A stretch of DNA of 53,251 bases from Gekko japonicus (lineage: Eukaryota): contig NW_015167563.1 in assembly GCF_001447785.1 (NCBI RefSeq), forward strand, positions 702,596 through 755,846, read 5' to 3'. The translations under genes were made by a program, and so were the position numbers. The notes below the pieces were generated by a model. The model saw nothing but the letters and a program-made list of their open reading frames with translations, was not told the DNA's origin and ran no database searches. This document shows, one piece after another, positions 47,557 to 53,251 of this stretch (position 1 is the stretch's first letter; every line of letters begins with the position of its first letter).

Positions 47557-49510
47557 TCACTGAAAAAGAACACAAACATGTTTTAAAATACAGGCACAGC
47601 ATGCATCTCATCCTCATATACTGTGAAACAGTTCTACTTTGTTAACATGCTTGCTATAACATCACCCTGAAATATTTACAGGTTTCACTAACAAAAGTCA
47701 GTAATATTTCCTGAACGTCTTCAAATTGGGATCATCGAACTAGGTGGTTTGTTTTAAATGGGGCTTTCAGAATCCTTCCATCAGCTGTCCTCTCTATGAG
47801 GTCTAGGTACACAACAATGCTCCCTCTAAGCTGTGGAATCTTGGGAGCAAAAATTCTACTTTGTGAACTACTGGCAAAGTCACAATACAAGAACTCGTGG
47901 GCACTCAATGAAATTGCTGAGCAGTCGGGTTAGAACAGATTAAAGGAAGCACTTCTTCACCCAAAGTGTGATTAATACATGAAATTCACCATCACAGGAG
48001 GTGGTGGCAGCCACAAGCATGGACAGCTTCAAGAGGGAATTAGATAAACATATGGAGCAGAGGTCCATCAGTGGCTATTATCCACAAGGTATAGATAGGA
48101 ACTCTCAGTCTGGGGCAAGTGATGCACTGTATTTCTTGGTGCTTGGGGGGGGCAACAGTGGGAGGGCTTCTACAGTCCTGGCCCCACTGATGGATCTCCT
48201 GATGGCACCTGGTATTTTTGGCCACTGTGTGACAGAGTGTTGGACTGGATGGGCCATTGGCCTGATCCAACATTGGCTTCTCTTATGTTCTTAAGTTGTG
48301 AGTGAGCAATTTGGCTACTGCATAAATTAGTTTGTTCTGGAGCCATCCTTCCTGATCTGAGAAAAAAATGTGTGAGCTGGAAGCTAAAAAAATGTGAGCT
48401 AGTTCACATTAGCTTAGAGGGAACACTGGTACACCACCACATCTCACTGTGTATTGCCCTTCTCAGTATATGTTGCCTTGACACCATCGTACTACAGGAC
48501 AGCTGCATAGACCTCTGCAGAACACCATGAATGAATGTACACAGAGGTCCAATCTTTAAGGAACAGGAGTTGGAAAAAGTGTGAACATTTCTCAGGCAAC
48601 GGGGCCATCTTTTCCTGATCTGCTGTGTTGAAATGCATGTGTCCCCTGCAATTCAAAGTGAGGGCAATCAGAGGTTTCATTTGCCCTCAAGTCACAAAGC
48701 TCAGTCTGATTGGTTATGTGGTATGATCCCAACTGGTTGGGATCTCACTGTTAAAAGCAAGCAAACCTGGCATTAGAAATGATTTATTCTTCAAATGTAT
48801 ATATTTAGTCCATTAGCAGTTTTAAGGGCACACATTGTTTTATTAATCTTTTTTATTTCCTGGTGTGTGTTATAAATTAAGAGTTTGTGTTTCTTTTTGT
48901 TCCTTTCCTGTTCCTGATATTTGGCACTTCCTGGGAAGTGTGCGTGCGTGTATGTATGTGTATATACACAGGAATATGACAGCAAACACAAAAAGGGATT
49001 AAAATGATAAATGGAGAGAGGGATTCTGCATCCCAAAAGTTCCCTTCCCCCCAAAGTTCCCCAGATGTTTAAAAAGGAAACATTTTCAGTGCTGAAGTCA
49101 CAATATCTGGCTGAATGTAAAGTAAGTGGGGATGGGGGGGGGGGAGCACAAAGCATCCAGAATTCCCTTCCTTCTGTTGCTTCTTTACTTGGAATCATTT
49201 TAACTTCTTTTCCTGCTGTGTGCAGCAGCCAGTGTTCAAAGATGTGGATCTGCTGCCATCTTGTGTTGGCCCATCCTAAGCTGTACTAACTTGAAATTTG
49301 TTGTAAAATCACAATAAAATACTAGAATATAAAGACCAGATGCAAATTCAGCATGAAAACTGAAGGAAAGCCAGATTTCTATGCTGTTATGTAGGAGAAC
49401 TGGGAGAGCACTGTTGTTATTCTTGCTGACCGAGGAACCAATATCAGCTTGAAAACAGCCAAAGTACATACCTTGTGCCAACATCCTGGTACTGGTAATC
49501 CATCTGGTCC
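47557..49510 (-). CDS. COL23A1: Collagen alpha-1(XXIII) chain, C-terminal exons only (gene continues beyond the window)
   Basis: 39-nt exon 49510-49472 (ttgtag / gtatgt) encodes GPDGLPVPGCWHK, the C-terminus typical of membrane collagens XIII/XXIII/XXV. The next exon starts with TGA at 47559-47557 after tctttttcag. Position upstream of PHYKPL supports COL23A1. Confidence 0.88.
47815..48428. mobile_element. hAT-like MITE with nested CR1 fragment
   Basis: 18-bp imperfect TIRs caatgctccctctaagct / agcttagagggaacactg and an 8-bp TSD gtacacaa / gtacacca. A related TIR starts at 53223. Confidence 0.72.
47877..48293 (+). mobile_element. CR1 LINE 3' fragment
   Basis: EVVAATSMDSFKRELDKHME peptide and a ttatgttctta tail. 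Homologous to 30669-31211. Confidence 0.85.
49472..49510 (-). CDS. COL23A1: COL23A1 penultimate exon
   Basis: GGA CCA GAT GGA TTA CCA GTA CCA GGA TGT TGG CAC AAG flanked by AG and GT. Confidence 0.9.
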
Positions 49511-51976
49511 CTACAAAAAACAATGAACAATTTTGTATGCTATTGGAAGACAGTTAAACATATCATATAGAAAAACCCACCACATTCTTTTGTGATGAAC
49601 TGGCAAGATCCACAACTGTAACACCAGCTGATATAAATGTGCATGCAGTAAAAAGTGCTGTTTGTGCAAAAGCAGGTAAGTACTTAATAAGACGAATTTT
49701 TTTTAAAAAAAAGTACAATTGACAAATCACATTAAATAGGTACCTTTAACAGAATCAAGTAATCAATGCAATTTACCAACGACTCCTTTTAAAACCTAAA
49801 AAAGCCTGCTAAATTCTAGTAGGTTTAACTGCTGGACTCAGAATTTTTCGGTTTTTGCAGTAGTAGCATTTTGATGAAAAGAGATAACAGTTACACACTA
49901 ATATACCCCATCTGTATACCAATTTAGCAATATTTCTTTTAGTTACTCTCTAAGAGAATATCTCTGAGCTTGAATCCAGAAGCTATAAGTTTTTAAAAGT
50001 GGAAACTACAATGACAATGGCTAGGATAGCCAGTCTTTATGCCCCAGCTTACGTATACCATTTATACTGGTCTCCTATGGCTACAGTTTATGTCTGTCTG
50101 TCTGTCTATTCACATTTATACTCCGCCTTCCCTGTGAACAGGCTCAGGGCGGATCACAGTTTGCACTTAGGCCTTACAACATTACAACAAGATAAAATAG
50201 TAATAATTGATTAAAACCAATAGAACAGCATTAAAACAGTAAACACCAGTGATTTATTTACTTCATTTATACCCCACTTTCCTCCCCTGTGGGTATCCCC
50301 CCTGAGCAATCATCATTTCCTTTTCACTGCTAGGGAAGAAAAAAAAATCTGAGTCCTCCCAGCACATGGGTTCAACTAATATGACCATGTCTACCAACAT
50401 CACAAGACAGATGACTGCTAGCCTTTGATATATACAAGATCACACAGATACACAGCGAGAGTTGCCTTTAATTCTGCCTGCACATTCTGAAGCCACCCAG
50501 ATGATTTGCACAAACATGGTGTGATTCACAAGCCAATGACATCTAGGTAAAGCTGAAGTAGTTGATGAATGCTATATATACGGTAAGTTGGTGCCACTCT
50601 GATCTTGGCATTTATCACTTCATAGACAAATCCATCGTACATTAGAACATAAAACATTACTGGAACTATAATAAGTTCAATGGAGCCTTGTATAACACAT
50701 TTTGTTTCTTCACTGTTCCATGTCACTTTATATTCTTTGGAAGTGCGGAGAGTTTAGTCTATCTTGCCTAAAATCCTTCTCCAAGCAGCTTTTCTCACTG
50801 TTAGGTTTCAAATGTGTGCTTGAAACATATCCCAACATACCCTGAATTTCTTTTTGTGGGAAGCAGAAAATGGAGATATGGTGACAAGGAAAAGGTTAAG
50901 CATGTCCTCCCTCCTTCTCCACTTCCCTACTTTAATTCATCTTTCCAAAAGTGGCTTTGCTTTTAATAAGACTTTAAGGCACTGCTATGCAAGGTGACAA
51001 TGTAATGCGTAGTTAGCTCCCGAGTGTGCGAACGACAGACTTCTGTGCAGCACACAAGTGTCCTGATTCCCAGGGTCCCTCAGTAGATGTTGCAAAAAGG
51101 CTTCTCTGAAGGAAAGGAGGATGAGAACCACGAAACTATGCAAACAGCTTAGGACAGTTCAAAGGCTGATACTGAGCACCAACTTGGTGCTTGAGAAACT
51201 GTGCTCTAATGCTTTCAAGACATTGCTATGACACCTAGCTAAGCTCAGAAGTTGACAGAATGGCTGTCCACCAGTGGACCATGCAGAATCACTCCAAACC
51301 AAGCACACTCTTCAGGACCAAAGCATACGTGGGGTGTGTGGATTAGTGAATAGGCACACATGAGCCAGGGCTCATTCAGGGACCCAGAAAGAGGGAATGG
51401 GGGGGCACAAAGGGCAACTACCGATGAGAAATTATTTTAGCCTAAACTATAACTGAATATGTTTGATATTTATTTATAAATGTCATCTCAGTATGCCTAT
51501 CATTGTTGGATATATATACCTCTCAACTAAAAGTCTGCCTGGAATCACATTATGGTCCACTCTTCAAAGTCACCATGCTCACAGCTATGCCCAAAGGTTT
51601 CTCTGTAACTCCTTAGTACTCTGTGGGGTGCTGTGGACATTTTGCTCTCAGATAATCCTGAGCTCATGGTTTGCTCTCAGATAAACCCCAGGCTCCATCT
51701 CTGTTAAAGGAATTAGGTTGCAGTGACTCTCCGGGGACTCAGCTTGAGACTCTGCCAGTCATATTAGATGATATTGGCTCTGATGGACCAATGGCCTGTC
51801 TCGATATAAGGCAGCTGCATGTGTCTGTTGCTCTTGGAATTGCTCAGTATTTCCAGTGGGTAGCCCTATTAGTTTTGCTTAATATTGCCTGGTTTACAAG
51901 GCCCCTGTTGGCTATTCTGGCCTGCCCAGACTTTGATAGTTGGATGGAGCCAGAGAGCACTGGAGTACCAAGGGTG

Positions 51977-52067
51977 AGGCAATAAGAGGGTGCACTGAAA
52001 TACCCCCGAGGTGGTGGGAGTGGTCCATCCCAAGTGCAGGCAATAAGAGGGTGCACTGAAATACCCC
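51977..52067. repeat. 30-bp direct repeat pair
   Basis: aggcaataagagggtgcactgaaatacccc at 51977-52006 and 52038-52067. Confidence 0.8.
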
Positions 52068-52835
52068 AGAACCGAGGGAAGGGGAAAATCTATTGGCCAC
52101 CAGAAGTTTATCGGCATTGTCAAGAGCAGCCTTCAGTCTTTTGCTATTAACGTTCCATTTCTTTCTTTTTTTAAAGTATGTAATTGTTTCACATTCAGGC
52201 AATTTAACTATTCAGGAAACTGAAATGGTTCCAAAATGTAAAATTGCCAAATGGAAAAAGGGCAGGCCCGCAATTTAATAGACGTCTTATTTTTCCAAAG
52301 CTCAGACTGAGCTAGCTAACAGCTAAGCATGGTGTTCAATGCAAAGCAACTGTCCCAGGTGCAGAATTAAAGTGGTGGGTGGTGTTTCCCTCCCCCCTCG
52401 CACACTACATTGAGAGACTCGCTGAGAGTGAAGGTGCCAGAATGGGACATGCAGGCAGCCAGTGTATGGGCAGAGAGGAGGAGTTGGAAGGGGGATCCCC
52501 ACCGCCAGTGCACTACCAGAGTTTTCCCAGGCCAGTGGAATACACGGCCCAAAGAGGTGAGTACCACGTGTGCTGCTGCAGTAGTCTGGGGCAATCACGT
52601 GGGCTCCAGGCTCCCTGGCCCCTCCCACCAGGTGACAGATCCTGGGGGTGGCTCCTCCAAAGTTTGACTGGTCAGAAAGCAAAAGGGGAGTTGAGCGAGG
52701 CCAATTGGGAATGTGAGTGGGCAGCATCTCCTGGGTTCATCCATGACTTGGGGCAACGGAGGGGTGCTGGGGCACTGGGCGGTGTGGGCAGGAATGGAGG
52801 CATTGTGCAGTTCAATAAAATAACATTTTTTTGCT

Positions 52836-53012
52836 CTGACCTGGATAGCCCAGGCAAGCCTGATCTTGTCAGATCTTGGAAGCTAAGCAGGACCAACCCT
52901 GGCAAGTACTTGGATGGGAGACCTCCAAGGAATACCAGGGCTCTGAAATGTCCAAGCCCCACTAAGGGTCACCAGAAGTCAACCATGACTTCCAGGCACA
53001 CACACACACACA
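52836..53012 (+). mobile_element. 5S rRNA-derived SINE (copy 3)
   Basis: gatcttgtcagatcttggaagctaagcagg...agtacttggatgggagacctccaaggaatacc is 5S-like; it ends in (CA)n. Confidence 0.72.
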
Positions 53013-53251
53013 AAATACAAAAAAGAAAACAAATTGTTGTGTAGAGAAAGGTGTGTGTTAAAAATGATCCACTCTGGGTATGCTACTGGCACAGAGGCCC
53101 TGCATGAGCCAGTTAAATGGACAGATGAAGCTGCCTTCTACACAGCCAAGCCATGGGTCCATTGAGGCCACTATGACTAGTGGCAGCTTTACAGGGTCTC
53201 GAAGACAAAAGGATCGCAAGTCCAGGGTTCCCTCTAAGCTGAGTCAGTATG

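Noticed and set aside
52323-53044. 221-aa and 134-aa ORFs near the window end as possible COL23A1 exons or new genes
   Set aside because: No Gly-X-Y periodicity or known motifs, and the longer ORF runs into a 5S-SINE. No further collagen exon was found in 49511-53251.

Overview
This is eukaryotic (vertebrate) genomic DNA, most likely from a squamate reptile and probably a gecko, inferred from Sauria-SINE and Squam3-like SINE copies. It covers the HNRNPAB (+) / PHYKPL (-) / COL23A1 (-, last two exons only) block. I reconstructed a complete spliced HNRNPAB CDS (7 coding exons, 361 aa) and a complete PHYKPL CDS (12 coding exons, 440 aa, one apparent GC-AG intron). Introns and flanks are rich in transposons: a full-length but decayed DIRS1-type tyrosine-recombinase retrotransposon (ITRs + ICR), three young Sauria SINEs with TSDs, a triple nest (L2 < RT-encoding LINE < ORF1-only L1-like insertion), a solo LTR, Helitron ends, hAT-type MITEs, CR1/L2 fragments and 5S-derived SINEs. 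The two most unusual signals are (i) a Penelope-like inverted-repeat insertion carrying a complete type I hammerhead ribozyme, co-directional with and about 2.8 kb downstream of the COL23A1 stop codon, and (ii) a ~230-nt rod-like fold with strong G-U strand bias on the + strand inside PHYKPL intron 9, bracketed by + strand splice-site-like motifs. All pairings and coordinates were read by eye; no database search or folding computation was run.
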